60,277 nucleotides of DNA from a virus (IMGVR_UViG_3300025128_008224:1-60277), one strand, 5' to 3'. Positions 20,723-31,167 are shown, counted from the first letter of the stretch. Made by a program: numbers and translations. The notes: generated from the letters alone by a model not told the origin.

Positions 20723-23700
20723 CTAACCTTTACTCTTTATCCACTCACAACTCAAGACCTGTTCTATGTTGGGTACCTCTCCGGTGACGATGGCAGCCAA
20801 TGAAGAGGCGCCCTTGCCGTGATGAAGCAGAAATCGATTTCTCCAATAACTTGTGGCTCCTGGGTCAAAACTTTTTGGAGCATAATGTCGACCCAGTTTG
20901 CCGCCAATGGCAGGGAAGTATTCTCCAAGGATCTCATGCCACTCCGGATAGTTATCTCGTATGTACTTGGCTGTTTTACTACCTTCGGTTTTGCCGTCGC
21001 CGTTCACATCAATCCAAACCCACCTAGCTTTTGTGCTACCGTTTTCTTTGTTGAAACCCCCTGTTCCTCGCCAATCGTAGTGCACGTTGCTTCCAGATGC
21101 TCCTGGGGCGCGCCATTTATGTGAGGAGGGGGCCGTGATCGCGAGGAGATCTCCTGCAGAGTTTCGCTTTCCATTCAAATATATTCCCGAGCCGCCGAAA
21201 GGGAGGCGGCCGGTTTCGACCAAAAGTTGAATACCAAAGAACGTTTCCCAAGCTCCCAAGTATACACCCTGGCGTGCGGGAGATTCCTTTTCGCTATACA
21301 TGGGGACAAAACTTGCAGCGTCTTTGCCCGAAAGTTCAATGAGAAAATCAAAAGCACAGCAGTTAGTATGGTTTCCACTGGACCCTCCGTGTGATCTGTG
21401 AGTGCTGGTGAACTTTATTTTTGCTGTCGGATAAATTGTTTTCCAAAACTCTTCAATAACAACTGCGGCTGCCATCGTTCTTGTAATATTTTGCCTGTAT
21501 GTTCCCATAGTGCCAGGGGTCTTTTTGTCAAGGTTAGCCGGGCCGGGGATTTTCATGTGAGCTAGTTTCATATAATTCTCTAACCGCAAGCCGGCTGGCA
21601 GACGTGGACTGATTTTCTCACCTGGCTTAATGTCAGGAGGAGTCTTAGAAAACACAGTAGTTGGTCTTCCAAAGAATTTGTTTTTTCCTTCTGGAGAATC
21701 GTCGGTCAAACACGTCACTCCCGAGCAGCCAAGCTTTGGCGCTGGTGGGCCGCCGGGGGAGGATGGAGGGGTAGCTCGTGATGGCGTCGGTGTTTGTGAC
21801 CCTCCTTGCGTGCCAGAGGGGTCGCCGGTGCCGGCTTGAAGATGTTGTATTTCCTTGTTGAGGGTTGCCTGAACTTTTTCGAGCCTTTGTTCCTCTTGTG
21901 TGTAGTGTGCGTCCAATTGTTCGGACGTAAGATTATCCCCAGTGGCCGGATTGATTTCGGTCGGAAGTAAAATCGAGAGTGCCATGTCAGAGTGCTTGGC
22001 CGGATTGGCGAGGTCGTTACGGACACCGGGGGTTCTCAGAGCGTTAAGGGCCTGATTCACGCGGAAAAGAACTTGTTCTTTTAGCAAAAGCTTTGCCTTC
22101 TGTTCTTCGCTCATTTTATAAGGAGCAGGGGCCTCATTTCCTGCGGTGAAGGGGGTATAGGCCCGCGGGGAGCCGGGGAGCGTGTTTACCTTCTTTGGAC
22201 GAGGATTCTTCTTTTTGTTTTCAGACTTCTTTGTCTTCTCTGGATTGGCCCAAGTAATGGCTCGGGTGACCCAGTGGGCGAAATCGGACTTGTTTTGTGG
22301 ATCTGTTTCTACTTTAAAGCAGTCCCCGAGGCCGAGAAGAGGAGGGTCTCCTGCAGGGTGAAATTGTTTTTGCGAATCAGAATCCAGAACAACAAAGTCT
22401 TCTGCGTTTTTGAATGCACAATTGCCGCTTTTTCCAAAATTAGAATTCAAATACTTTTCCAGATCTTCTTTGTCCGGGATTGCTGCGATGAAAGTACATT
22501 TCCCGGGGGTATTGGCAAGTACAGTTAATTTATTAGCAGTATTGGCCAATACTGTTGCTCCTCCGGGGCCTACACCAATAAAAGAATGATTGAAATCTTT
22601 TATACTTTTCTTTGTGTAGTCACCTCCATTATCAGCCCAAGTTTTTAAAATCGCATAATCAACATTATTGTAGAAAGTGTTAAAATCAGAATCAGTTATC
22701 TCGCCCAGTCCAGCCCACATTAGATTTTCTTTTACCTTACCCTGGTTTGATGCGCGCCTTTCCGAGGGCTTAATGCTAGCAGAGTTAGGAAGCGTTTCAT
22801 CGACTGGTGGACTTGAATATGGCATTTCTGGATAAACGAATATGAAGTTTTCTTCATTCTCTTCTAACTTCTTTAATGCTTTGGTTATGTTGTTAAACTC
22901 AAGCTTGTTATAGCTAGCCCCGGATTCATCTGTGTGGAAATAGAAAATGATTCGTGGACTCTTGTTCAGATTAGTATATTGTGAAAAGTAAACAATTGTT
23001 TCCCTTCCAACAACATTTCTTTGAAAGCCATCGTTATCTCCATTTCCTGATATTCTCTCAACGTAGGTGCCGCCTCCAAGTTGTGACTGATTACAGGACT
23101 TTACCCAATCAGCGACAATTCTAGTATTTGATGTGCGGCCGCCGTATATTACAAACTTGCCCATTGGCGAACAGTCTGCCATGGCTGGTCTTTCTTTTCC
23201 AACAAAGTTGATCGATGCATTTTTTCCTTCGAAAAGGTCGCCGGGGGAAGGGCCGCAGCCTATGTCTGAGCAGATTTTCATATGCTTTTCAATCGGATCA
23301 CATTTTGCCGGTAGGATGGGACCGGTGCCTAATTTCCCCAGGTATACGCCATCCTCTTTTAGCTGAATATTGCCGCGGTAACCAACCCAAACCAACTCTC
23401 CAGGCTTTGGCAGTGGTGGAAGGGTGCCTTGCTCGTCTGGCCAGGCTGTAAACTCGCCTCCAGCTTGAGATATCATACTGATGATTCCCTGATGGAAACC
23501 AACCTCTTTGTCGCCCAAAAGACATGGGGTGGGAAGTTCTGGGAATAGGATTGGTGCCCATGCTACAATCTTGTGTACGCTAAGCGAGTTTTGACTTAAA
23601 TTATTCCCTCCTGTTGCGGTCATTTCCGGCCCGTGGGGCACGCCCGTGCCTGCGTGGGTTCCGTGTCCATTCAAATCGACTCGAAGGCAAATGGCTAAGA

Positions 23701-23950
23701 CCTTGTGACCCTTACCTTCTAGAACATTGTTGCTATCGAAACCTTCGAAATAACCCCGGGTGAGTGCTCCAAGAACGGCCATTCCGCTGCCCGGGACGGA
23801 GTGTTTGTTGGGGTCGTAATGCTTCTCAAACGGATTCTTTCCGATTTTGTTTAAGGTGCCTACTGGATATAATTTATCTAGAAGCGGGGCTCCATCGTCG
23901 CAACAATCGATTGATGTGTGAAGAATATTATCGGGTTTGTTGGTTGCCAT
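20723..23950 (-). CDS. gp5-like baseplate protein with C-terminal peptidase M15 (Zn D-Ala-D-Ala peptidase-like) domain
   Basis: 1075 aa. OB-fold-like PLPKPGELVWVGY near the N-terminus. C-terminal FTSTHRS...NHTNCCAFD (H-x6-D) and NVHYDWRG match LAS/M15 zinc-binding motifs. Confidence 0.6.
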   Translation of the reverse strand: MATNKPDNILHTSIDCCDDGAPLLDKLYPVGTLNKIGKNPFEKHYDPNKHSVPGSGMAVLGALTRGYFEGFDSNNVLEGKGHKVLAICLRVDLNGHGTHAGTGVPHGPEMTATGGNNLSQNSLSVHKIVAWAPILFPELPTPCLLGDKEVGFHQGIISMISQAGGEFTAWPDEQGTLPPLPKPGELVWVGYRGNIQLKEDGVYLGKLGTGPILPAKCDPIEKHMKICSDIGCGPSPGDLFEGKNASINFVGKERPAMADCSPMGKFVIYGGRTSNTRIVADWVKSCNQSQLGGGTYVERISGNGDNDGFQRNVVGRETIVYFSQYTNLNKSPRIIFYFHTDESGASYNKLEFNNITKALKKLEENEENFIFVYPEMPYSSPPVDETLPNSASIKPSERRASNQGKVKENLMWAGLGEITDSDFNTFYNNVDYAILKTWADNGGDYTKKSIKDFNHSFIGVGPGGATVLANTANKLTVLANTPGKCTFIAAIPDKEDLEKYLNSNFGKSGNCAFKNAEDFVVLDSDSQKQFHPAGDPPLLGLGDCFKVETDPQNKSDFAHWVTRAITWANPEKTKKSENKKKNPRPKKVNTLPGSPRAYTPFTAGNEAPAPYKMSEEQKAKLLLKEQVLFRVNQALNALRTPGVRNDLANPAKHSDMALSILLPTEINPATGDNLTSEQLDAHYTQEEQRLEKVQATLNKEIQHLQAGTGDPSGTQGGSQTPTPSRATPPSSPGGPPAPKLGCSGVTCLTDDSPEGKNKFFGRPTTVFSKTPPDIKPGEKISPRLPAGLRLENYMKLAHMKIPGPANLDKKTPGTMGTYRQNITRTMAAAVVIEEFWKTIYPTAKIKFTSTHRSHGGSSGNHTNCCAFDFLIELSGKDAASFVPMYSEKESPARQGVYLGAWETFFGIQLLVETGRLPFGGSGIYLNGKRNSAGDLLAITAPSSHKWRAPGASGSNVHYDWRGTGGFNKENGSTKARWVWIDVNGDGKTEGSKTAKYIRDNYPEWHEILGEYFPAIGGKLGRHYAPKSFDPGATSYWRNRFLLHHGKGASSLAAIVTGEVPNIEQVLSCEWIKSKG

Positions 23951-24256
23951 TTATCCTGTATTCTCCTTGATGAGATCAAATAACTCTTCTCTATCTTTTT
24001 CGGTCAAGCTCTCGTCGCCGTCGACCTTTTTACTCAAAATGGCAGTTATTTTTACTAGTTGTTCGTTGGATCTTTGAAGGGTCTCAACGTATTTGGCGGC
24101 GATGGGGCCGACATCCCTATGTTGATCACCTGACTTCTGTAGCATAACCAGGATGTCGGTTAAAAGTGTTTTGGTTATTGCCCGATCATGTCTTATGTTT
24201 TTGATGGCTTCATCTAAAAAATCATCTAGTTCATCTACTTTATTTCTTCGTCCCAT
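23951..24256 (-). CDS. Hypothetical helical protein (101 aa)
   Basis: Tightly coupled ORF in the minus-strand run; no motif recognised. Confidence 0.7.
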   Translation of the reverse strand: MGRRNKVDELDDFLDEAIKNIRHDRAITKTLLTDILVMLQKSGDQHRDVGPIAAKYVETLQRSNEQLVKITAILSKKVDGDESLTEKDREELFDLIKENTG

Positions 24257-24915
24257 TTTTTCTTAAAACTCCTGTACTTAAAACGCATCTTGTTTAGATT
24301 GTTGACGACCTGCTTGGTGTTTAGGCCGGTCATCTCTCTTATGTACAGGTAAATAGCTTTTTTATTAAAAATTTCGATATTGTCGGCCTGAGAAAGTAAC
24401 TCTTTTACTGCTTCTAGTACTTTCTTTTCGTTTGGCTTTAGCTTTTCACTATCCCAAGTGTCAATTTCCTTCCAAAGATACATCCAGAACTCTTTTTGCT
24501 CCCGCAAAGTGTCGTATTTGTTGCTGATTGAAAGTTGTTCTTGTTCTATACTCTTGGGAAGGTGGTCGTATTGAAGTTCTCTTCTAGTTTTTTGCGAGTT
24601 TTTCTTAACCTTGTGGATAAACCAATTCTTTGTGATGACGCTAAAATATGAAAATGCCTTTGATCCTTTGCTGGCATCATATTTATCAAGGACTGTCGTG
24701 AGCCAGATTTTGCACTCGTCTCTCAATGAATCGATATTCGGCAAGGAAGTGAACTTATAAGTATAAGTTATTTTGTCAACCATCTCATCTAAGGCCGGGC
24801 CGATGAGTTCAACATATAGGATTGTTCGTTCTTTCTGATCTTCAGATGCGACATATTGAATAATTGCATCTTCGTGTACTTTTGTAAAATAGTAGTTCTT
24901 TTTACGTCGGGCCAT
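24235..24915 (-). CDS. Phage RNA polymerase sigma factor, T4 gp55-like (late sigma)
   Basis: Likely start MARRKKNYYFT at 24915; the track start at 24951 overlaps the upstream gene further. YFTKVHEDAIIQY and LDKYDASKGSKAFSYFSVITKNWF correspond to sigma region 2. Confidence 0.75.
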   Translation of the reverse strand: MARRKKNYYFTKVHEDAIIQYVASEDQKERTILYVELIGPALDEMVDKITYTYKFTSLPNIDSLRDECKIWLTTVLDKYDASKGSKAFSYFSVITKNWFIHKVKKNSQKTRRELQYDHLPKSIEQEQLSISNKYDTLREQKEFWMYLWKEIDTWDSEKLKPNEKKVLEAVKELLSQADNIEIFNKKAIYLYIREMTGLNTKQVVNNLNKMRFKYRSFKKKWDEEIK

Positions 24916-25252
24916 CGTCTTCGAACTCCTCATCTTCAGGCTCATTCTCATCTTCTGTCAACTCCTCTTCATCGTTCGCGAATGGGATAAGATTATAGAC
25001 ATCCTCGTATTCCTCTAGTTCTTGCGAAAGGTGGTTTGTGTGAGCTAATAGATTCTTTAAAGTCTCGTCGCCATAATACATCTCCAGGCCGTAGACCTTT
25101 TCCAGATGCTGTCTATAGATTTCCACGGCGTCGACTAGGTTTTCGACACTCTCAGAAATAAATAAAAGGCGGGAAAGTATGTTTCTGCAATACCATGCTG
25201 CAAAAATATTAATGGCTATCGACACAACCAGTATTATTGATAAAGTTATCAT
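24902..25252 (-). CDS. Hypothetical membrane-anchored protein with acidic tail
   Basis: N-terminal hydrophobic helix (ITLSIILVVSIAINIFAAWY), helical body, D/E-rich C-terminus. Confidence 0.65.
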   Translation of the reverse strand: MITLSIILVVSIAINIFAAWYCRNILSRLLFISESVENLVDAVEIYRQHLEKVYGLEMYYGDETLKNLLAHTNHLSQELEEYEDVYNLIPFANDEEELTEDENEPEDEEFEDDGPT

Positions 25253-25512
25253 TCCTCATATTCCTTGTTCTTAATCTTTTCCTTTTCCACCTTCAACTCC
25301 TCTTTCGATTCATTTATAAAATTTTCCACAAGCGACCCCACTTTTGCTTTTTTTGGGGCTTCTTTTTTATTAAATGAAAGAAAACTATACGGAACCCTTC
25401 TCAAGGTGCCCTTCTTATCACACGCCTCACAATCTGTTTTCTTTTCGCTGATTGAGTGAATTGTTTCAAAAGATTCCTCACAGCCGTCACAGACGTAATA
25501 GTATTTTGGCAT
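25249..25512 (-). CDS. FmdB-family zinc-ribbon regulatory protein
   Basis: MPKYYYVCDGC...FE...CEAC...LRRV matches the MPxYxYxCxxC...CxxC FmdB pattern. Confidence 0.85.
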   Translation of the reverse strand: MPKYYYVCDGCEESFETIHSISEKKTDCEACDKKGTLRRVPYSFLSFNKKEAPKKAKVGSLVENFINESKEELKVEKEKIKNKEYEE

Positions 25513-25524
25513 GATTCTTGCACC

Positions 25525-25755
25525 CTACTCTTTGGCTTCAGCCTCAATTTCTTTCCTGTGTCGCTCTTCTTCGCGGGCGGCAAGTTCTGCATCCTTGTAA
25601 AGAATTGGTGGGTTCCTCACAAATAGTTCGCCCTGGTTGGGGGCCTCAGTGTAAAGCTCAAATCCCTTTAGGAATTCCGTTACATCCACCATATCCATAA
25701 TACTTCTTTGCACTGCCAACATAATTGAAGCCACTGCTTGATCAGACAATTTCAT
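25525..25755 (-). CDS. Hypothetical protein (76 aa)
   Basis: Overlaps the gmd stop; GGAGG RBS upstream. Confidence 0.65.
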   Translation of the reverse strand: MKLSDQAVASIMLAVQRSIMDMVDVTEFLKGFELYTEAPNQGELFVRNPPILYKDAELAAREEERHRKEIEAEAKE

Positions 25756-26761
25756 TTCTATCCTCCATGTTTCTGTATCTATTGGGGTTCTTCCCTCGTT
25801 TTATAGTTCTGTGATCATGATCATACATCATCTTTGCCAACTCTTCAAAAGAGGTCTTGGGCTTCCAGCCCAATTCTTTTTTTGCTTTTGAGCTATCTCC
25901 AAGCAGGAGCGGCACCTCATGTGGTCTATAATATTTTGGGTCGATTTTTATATGCTGCTCATAGTTTCTTATTCCAGCGTGTTTAAAGACAACCTCTAAA
26001 AATTCTCGCACAGAATGTGTCTCTCCGGTTGAGATCACATAATCATCCGGATTGTCCTGCTGCATCATCAACCACATTGCCTCAACATAATCACCTGCGA
26101 AACCCCAATCTCTTTTTGCGTCCAAGTTGCCCAAAGACAAGGTATCTTGCAGCCCTAGCTTAATTTTGGCGGCCGCCATGGTGATCTTTCTTGTAACAAA
26201 GGTCTCCCCTCGAAGTGGAGACTCATGGTTAAATAGAATTCCACCGCATGCATAAAGCCCATAAGCCTGCCTGTAGTTTCTTATAAGATTGTGGGCAAAT
26301 ACTTTCGCGCATGCATATGGGGATGCTGGTTGAAACACCGACTCTTCATTAAATGGGTAATTCGTGTTGTCTCCAAACATTTCCGATGAAGACGCTTGGT
26401 AGAACCTTGTTTTAGGGGACACTTCTTTGATGACATTCAGGAATCTCATCGTTCCCATGGCAATACCATCCACCGTGTGCTCGGGGATCTCAAAAGAAAC
26501 TTTAACATGAGATTGAGCTGCCAAATTATAAACTTCATCAGGCTTGTGCTTGACAATCTTACTAAGCATACAACTAGTGTCATTTAGGTCAAAATATTCA
26601 ACACTAAACCTGGGATGCACGAAATAACTATCAATTCGATCTGTGCAAATAATAGATGTGCGGCGTTTGAGGCCAACAACCTTGTAGCCTTTTTGTAAAA
26701 GAAGGCCAGTCAAATAAGCACCGTCTTGGCCAGTAATTCCGGTTATCAATGCAGTTTTCAA
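25742..26761 (-). CDS. gmd: GDP-mannose 4,6-dehydratase
   Basis: ALITGITGQDGAYL, YNLAAQSHVKVSF, FYQASSSEMFG, SPYACAK, GILFNHESPLRGETFVTRKIT, LGNLDAKRDWG. Confidence 0.97.
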   Translation of the reverse strand: MKTALITGITGQDGAYLTGLLLQKGYKVVGLKRRTSIICTDRIDSYFVHPRFSVEYFDLNDTSCMLSKIVKHKPDEVYNLAAQSHVKVSFEIPEHTVDGIAMGTMRFLNVIKEVSPKTRFYQASSSEMFGDNTNYPFNEESVFQPASPYACAKVFAHNLIRNYRQAYGLYACGGILFNHESPLRGETFVTRKITMAAAKIKLGLQDTLSLGNLDAKRDWGFAGDYVEAMWLMMQQDNPDDYVISTGETHSVREFLEVVFKHAGIRNYEQHIKIDPKYYRPHEVPLLLGDSSKAKKELGWKPKTSFEELAKMMYDHDHRTIKRGKNPNRYRNMEDRNEIV

Positions 26762-26763
26762 GT

Positions 26764-27702
26764 TTATTCCCTTATTCCTTTTATATCCGGATAATTCATT
26801 TTATACCAATTACAAGTTTTTTTTAATGATTCTTTGATATTAGAATAATTCTCTTGGCGCCAGCCAAGTTGTATAAACTTTGAATTATCAGACGGCTTTC
26901 TATGTTGTCCAGACGGCTTTTCTGTATCCCATATTATACCACCATCATAGTCCATTAGTGAAGATATTATTTCAGCTAGCTCTTTTATACTAGTCTCGTT
27001 TGTATTCCCAACGTTCAACGGGCCGACTCCTTCATAGTGCTGCAGTAAAAATAAAATAACATCAGCCACGTCTTCCGAAAAAGTAAACTCTCTCAGCGCT
27101 GTTCCATCGCCCCACAGTGTTACATCTCTACCCGTCATTCTACATTCGTGTATCTTTCTTATTAGCGCTGGGATAACGTGAGAACTGTTTAAGTCAAAAT
27201 TATCATAAGGTCCAAATGTGTTGCTTGGAATCGCTGTTATAAAATTACAGCCATGCTGTTGTCTATAGGCCCTAGATTGTATATCCAACATTCTCTTAGC
27301 ATATGAATAACCAAAGCTCGTTTTATGTGGTTCGCCATTATGTATTTGGTCTTCCGTCAATGGAAAGGTGCTATTTTCTGGATATACACAAGTACTTAGG
27401 AGCGACACCAGCTTCTTTGTTTTGAAGCGACGGGCTGCTTCTAGTACGTTAGTGTTGATAAGAATGTTATCTGTGTAAAACTCAGCGATGTGTTTTGTGT
27501 TAGATGCAACACCTCCAACCCTTGCAGCGAGGTGAATCACATACTCCGGTTCATAATAGGTAAATAAACTTTCCACCTCTTTCATATTTCTCAAATCACA
27601 TTGTCGAGAAGGTAGAAACACTGCTTCAGGGATTATCTTTTGGAGAGCGTGACCGATCATTCCAGAACCACCAGTCACCAACACATTACTTTCAAATATC
27701 AA
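26764..27702 (-). CDS. fcl: GDP-L-fucose synthase (GDP-4-keto-6-deoxymannose epimerase/reductase)
   Basis: VTGGSGMIG, IHLAARVGG, LSTCVYP, YSYAKR, SHVIPALIRK, WGDGTALREF; adjacent to gmd. Confidence 0.92.
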   Translation of the reverse strand: MIFESNVLVTGGSGMIGHALQKIIPEAVFLPSRQCDLRNMKEVESLFTYYEPEYVIHLAARVGGVASNTKHIAEFYTDNILINTNVLEAARRFKTKKLVSLLSTCVYPENSTFPLTEDQIHNGEPHKTSFGYSYAKRMLDIQSRAYRQQHGCNFITAIPSNTFGPYDNFDLNSSHVIPALIRKIHECRMTGRDVTLWGDGTALREFTFSEDVADVILFLLQHYEGVGPLNVGNTNETSIKELAEIISSLMDYDGGIIWDTEKPSGQHRKPSDNSKFIQLGWRQENYSNIKESLKKTCNWYKMNYPDIKGIRE

Positions 27703-28817
27703 TTATAATACTCCCAAATGCAACGACAAATGTATTCAATTTGATCGTCTTGCAGAGATGGGTAAGTGGGCAAGCAGATCCCCCCCTCATATGCATATAC
27801 AGAGTTGGGGTATTGCTCATCGCTCAAATCGTATCTATCTTTGAGGTAACTAAAACAAGGTTGTTTGTGCATTGGGTAAAAAAAGGTTCTAGGTTCGACA
27901 CCCTTTCTGCTTAGATACTCCTCCAAATCTGCCTTTCTAGAAGACGGAATTATTGCAAACCTGAATGGAACAAAGGTTGAATCGGATTGCGGCTTGATTA
28001 TTTTAATCTTATCTTCCCCAATTCCATACTTATCTCGCAAACAATTTTCATATAAATCAAAGATCTTTTGTTTTCTATCAATGATTTGCGGGAGCTTTTT
28101 CAATTGTTCCAAGCCAATGGCTGAGTGGATATCTGTTAGTCTAAAGTTCCATCCCATTTGCGGATGGACGAATGAACCACTCTTTACTCTTCCATGGTTT
28201 CTCAAATGAAGCAGATCACTATAAATCTTCTTGCTATTAGTTACAATGAGGCCACCCTCAACTGTTGTGATTGTTTTATCAGCAAAGAAAGAGAAAGACC
28301 CTATATCCCCAAAGGTGCCGCAATGCTTGCCCTTCCAATAAACGCCAATCGCCTGGGCAGCGTCTTCGATGATTTTAATCTTGTGCTTCTTGGCGAACTT
28401 TACAATCTTTGTCATATCACATGACATACCATACATGTGGGCAGGCATAATTGCCTTTGTGTTCTTGGTAATCTTGTCATCGCAATTGTCCACATTCATT
28501 TGCAGCGTTTCTTTGTCACAATCCACAAACACAGGGGTTGCTCCAACCATATGAACAGACGTAGCAGAAGCAATGAAAGTAAAGTCTGGTACCAATACTT
28601 CGTCTCCTGGGCCGATTCCCATTGCCTTTAATCCAAGATAGAGTGATAAAGTTCCGTTGGGTACCAGGACACCGTATTTTGCACCCGTGTAATCCAGAAG
28701 CTTTTGTACAAACTCTTTTGACTTTGGCCCTTCTGTAAACCAATTTGTGTCAAAACAGTCTTTAATTGATTCATATTCCCTGTCGTCAAGGAATGGTACG
28801 AACTGAGGTACTTTCAT
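27699..28817 (-). CDS. DegT/DnrJ/EryC1/StrS PLP aminotransferase, perosamine synthase-like
   Basis: NGTLSL, GPGDEVLVPDFTFIAS, IIEDAAQA, SFFADKTITTVEGG (catalytic Lys), GWNFRLT. Next to gmd, so GDP-perosamine is the plausible product. Confidence 0.88.
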   Translation of the reverse strand: MKVPQFVPFLDDREYESIKDCFDTNWFTEGPKSKEFVQKLLDYTGAKYGVLVPNGTLSLYLGLKAMGIGPGDEVLVPDFTFIASATSVHMVGATPVFVDCDKETLQMNVDNCDDKITKNTKAIMPAHMYGMSCDMTKIVKFAKKHKIKIIEDAAQAIGVYWKGKHCGTFGDIGSFSFFADKTITTVEGGLIVTNSKKIYSDLLHLRNHGRVKSGSFVHPQMGWNFRLTDIHSAIGLEQLKKLPQIIDRKQKIFDLYENCLRDKYGIGEDKIKIIKPQSDSTFVPFRFAIIPSSRKADLEEYLSRKGVEPRTFFYPMHKQPCFSYLKDRYDLSDEQYPNSVYAYEGGICLPTYPSLQDDQIEYICRCIWEYYN

Positions 28818-30805
28818 TATACTCCACCAATGCCAACTGACTTATTATATTCTTCTTCACTTGAGTCGACTGTTTCTTTCTTCTCGGTTGTGCGAAGGTG
28901 CTCCGGGTAGAATTTGTATTTCTTTGAGCCGCGGCCCCACCATGCGCATTTCCAACCCCACAGAACTTTATCTTTTTCTATGACCAAGTTGTCATAGTAA
29001 TATTTCTTGTCAAATTTTTCGATGTTTTCGTTTTTTCCAACGAGATACCCCTTCCAATCATATTTAAAGTGGCGTGATTTAATTTCGTCTTGATGATCTC
29101 TCGTTGTAATAAGGAAGGTTTGAAAGCTGATTAGATCCCTCAACATATCTTTGGACGTGTTGAATCCATTTTTATTTTCCAAAAAGTTTAAAAACTTCTC
29201 AGTCTCAGCAAACAATCTTTTTTCATCTGATGCAAAACGAATCCATGTTGCCTCTTCCATTGGCCAATAAATGTCACCCAGATCTTCATCGTAATGGTTC
29301 CATCCCTTACCGTCATACCCTTTCTCAATGTAATTAACAACCATGTTGTACTCTTTCGAAAAGAAGGAATCCTCTGCTTTACAATACTCTATGAACTCGC
29401 CATAGAAATCAACGAATTTCATTCCAAGTGTCTGATTGTAATATTTGGAAACGTATTCGAAGATTCCCAAGCTGTGGAATGTCTGAATCATCCAGCCGTA
29501 CAGATACTTGATTTTCAAGTCATCCTTTGAGAATGTCTCTGCGCTGATCACGATATCTTCATACTCCTTCATTCCCCTATCATGAATTGATGAATGAGCT
29601 AGGAAGATGGGAGATTGAATTTTCTCTATCTTGTGCTCTGCAACATATTCGGGAACGTTCATTGGAGCATTGGGAAAGACACCACAATTGTAGATATAGA
29701 TAACTGGGCGCGGGTACAAGGTGGCCAACTCTTCCAGGCCGCGCTTGTAGCTACTCAAAGTTTCGCCTGGGAGGCCTAGAATAATCTCAGTATAGGTTGG
29801 AATCTTGTTATCCCTAAATGTCTTTGTCAGGTCAGAGAATCTATCGAACTTTATATTTTTTCTTTTAATCGTCTTCAACGTATGATCATCCAGGGACTGC
29901 ACAGCCAACGTGACAGCACGGAGGAGGTCTACTGATTGCAACTCTTTTGCAATAGGAATGATCTTTTCCGAAGATGCCTTTGCCCAGGCTGGTCGGATCC
30001 GTTCCGGGTAATTCTTTTTAATCTTCTCTTCTTTCAACTTCTGAGCCAATCGGAAATCTCTATCAGCAAATATACCAAAGTTGGCGTCACAGCAGTCAAC
30101 GTATGGAATCTTGTTGTCTGCAAACCACTCAATCTCTTTAAACAAACGCTCTTCTGGGTTCTTTCTTACTTTTGTTTTTGTTGCACTTCCCCAGTCGCAG
30201 AATGTACATTGAAATGGGCAGCCCCTGTTTGTTTCCCAAGATGCAATATATTTGACGCCTTCGACCGGCTCTACCAAATCCCAAACCAAGTTGGACAAAT
30301 ATGGGGAAGGAATAGATTCCAGATCGCGGATTCGCTCCTCAGAAGGCGTCCTAAATGTGGGAACCTCAATACCGTTGATGCTGCTGTAATCCTTGTTTCC
30401 AAGATATTCTTTCAAAACATTGGAAATGACCCTTTCGCCTTCGCCGTGGACAAGCATATCTACAAATGGATAGGAATCAAAAAAGCCTTCAGAATAATTT
30501 GGAACTTGGGGGCCGCCGAAAATGATGAAGCAGTTGGGGTTAATTTGCCTTACTTTTTTCGCCAACGAAGTTGTAACTTCCCAGTTCCAAACATAGCAGG
30601 AACAAAGCAGAACGTCAATATCCTTACACCTATCCGCATATTCATCAAGCTTATCTCTAAACACGAAGGTTTTCTGAAATTCGAAAGAGTCGGTTAATTC
30701 CGGCTGATCTTGAATGTAAGAAACAAGCATAGCAATGCTGTATGGGAAATGAATTTGATCCCCATATTGATAATTAAATTGTGAACTAGCTACTTTTATC
30801 TTCAT
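28817..30805 (-). CDS. Cobalamin-binding radical SAM enzyme
   Basis: B12-binding N-terminus (SCYVWN...IIFGGPQ...GEGE) and ETNRGCPFQCTFCDW (CxxxCxxC). ATG at 30805; alternative TTG at 30811. Confidence 0.9.
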   Translation of the reverse strand: MKIKVASSQFNYQYGDQIHFPYSIAMLVSYIQDQPELTDSFEFQKTFVFRDKLDEYADRCKDIDVLLCSCYVWNWEVTTSLAKKVRQINPNCFIIFGGPQVPNYSEGFFDSYPFVDMLVHGEGERVISNVLKEYLGNKDYSSINGIEVPTFRTPSEERIRDLESIPSPYLSNLVWDLVEPVEGVKYIASWETNRGCPFQCTFCDWGSATKTKVRKNPEERLFKEIEWFADNKIPYVDCCDANFGIFADRDFRLAQKLKEEKIKKNYPERIRPAWAKASSEKIIPIAKELQSVDLLRAVTLAVQSLDDHTLKTIKRKNIKFDRFSDLTKTFRDNKIPTYTEIILGLPGETLSSYKRGLEELATLYPRPVIYIYNCGVFPNAPMNVPEYVAEHKIEKIQSPIFLAHSSIHDRGMKEYEDIVISAETFSKDDLKIKYLYGWMIQTFHSLGIFEYVSKYYNQTLGMKFVDFYGEFIEYCKAEDSFFSKEYNMVVNYIEKGYDGKGWNHYDEDLGDIYWPMEEATWIRFASDEKRLFAETEKFLNFLENKNGFNTSKDMLRDLISFQTFLITTRDHQDEIKSRHFKYDWKGYLVGKNENIEKFDKKYYYDNLVIEKDKVLWGWKCAWWGRGSKKYKFYPEHLRTTEKKETVDSSEEEYNKSVGIGGV

Positions 30806-31166
30806 TGTCAATTATATTGTCGTCGACCCGGGGCAAATACTCGCTTCTATATTTGTCAAAGTCATTAAAAAAATCAGTCGTATTTATGTTTCTATCATCG
30901 ATAAATATATCATATAGGGGCTTCTTGAGAATAAGTTTGTGATATTTAACGCCCCAGTCTTCAAACTGCTTTTCCGTTACTTCTCTCCAGTCCATGCCGG
31001 TACCAGAGCCGCGGGCTGTCCAATAAACAATTTTGTGACCATCGTCATATAAACGATTAACCTTGTCAATGTTTTCCTGCCATGGTTCGGCGCCGGTGTA
31101 GTCCGAATAGTCGGGGCCGGCGTCGACTTCACAGATTGTGTGGTCTATATCAACATAAATAATCAT
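30786..31166 (-). CDS. Small capless HAD-superfamily phosphatase (capsule-biosynthesis-phosphatase-like)
   Basis: Likely start MIIYVDIDHTIC (DxD motif I) at 31166; WTARG (motif II); KKPLYDIFIDDR (motifs III/IV). Confidence 0.85.
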   Translation of the reverse strand: MIIYVDIDHTICEVDAGPDYSDYTGAEPWQENIDKVNRLYDDGHKIVYWTARGSGTGMDWREVTEKQFEDWGVKYHKLILKKPLYDIFIDDRNINTTDFFNDFDKYRSEYLPRVDDNIIDNEDKSS

Positions 31167-31167
31167 C

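Noticed and set aside
8620-23950. T6SS or extracellular contractile injection system instead of a phage
   Set aside because: The T4-type gp6, late sigma factor, tRNAs, tmRNA, PhoH and dense single-strand layout indicate a large phage, and no T6SS membrane complex genes are present.
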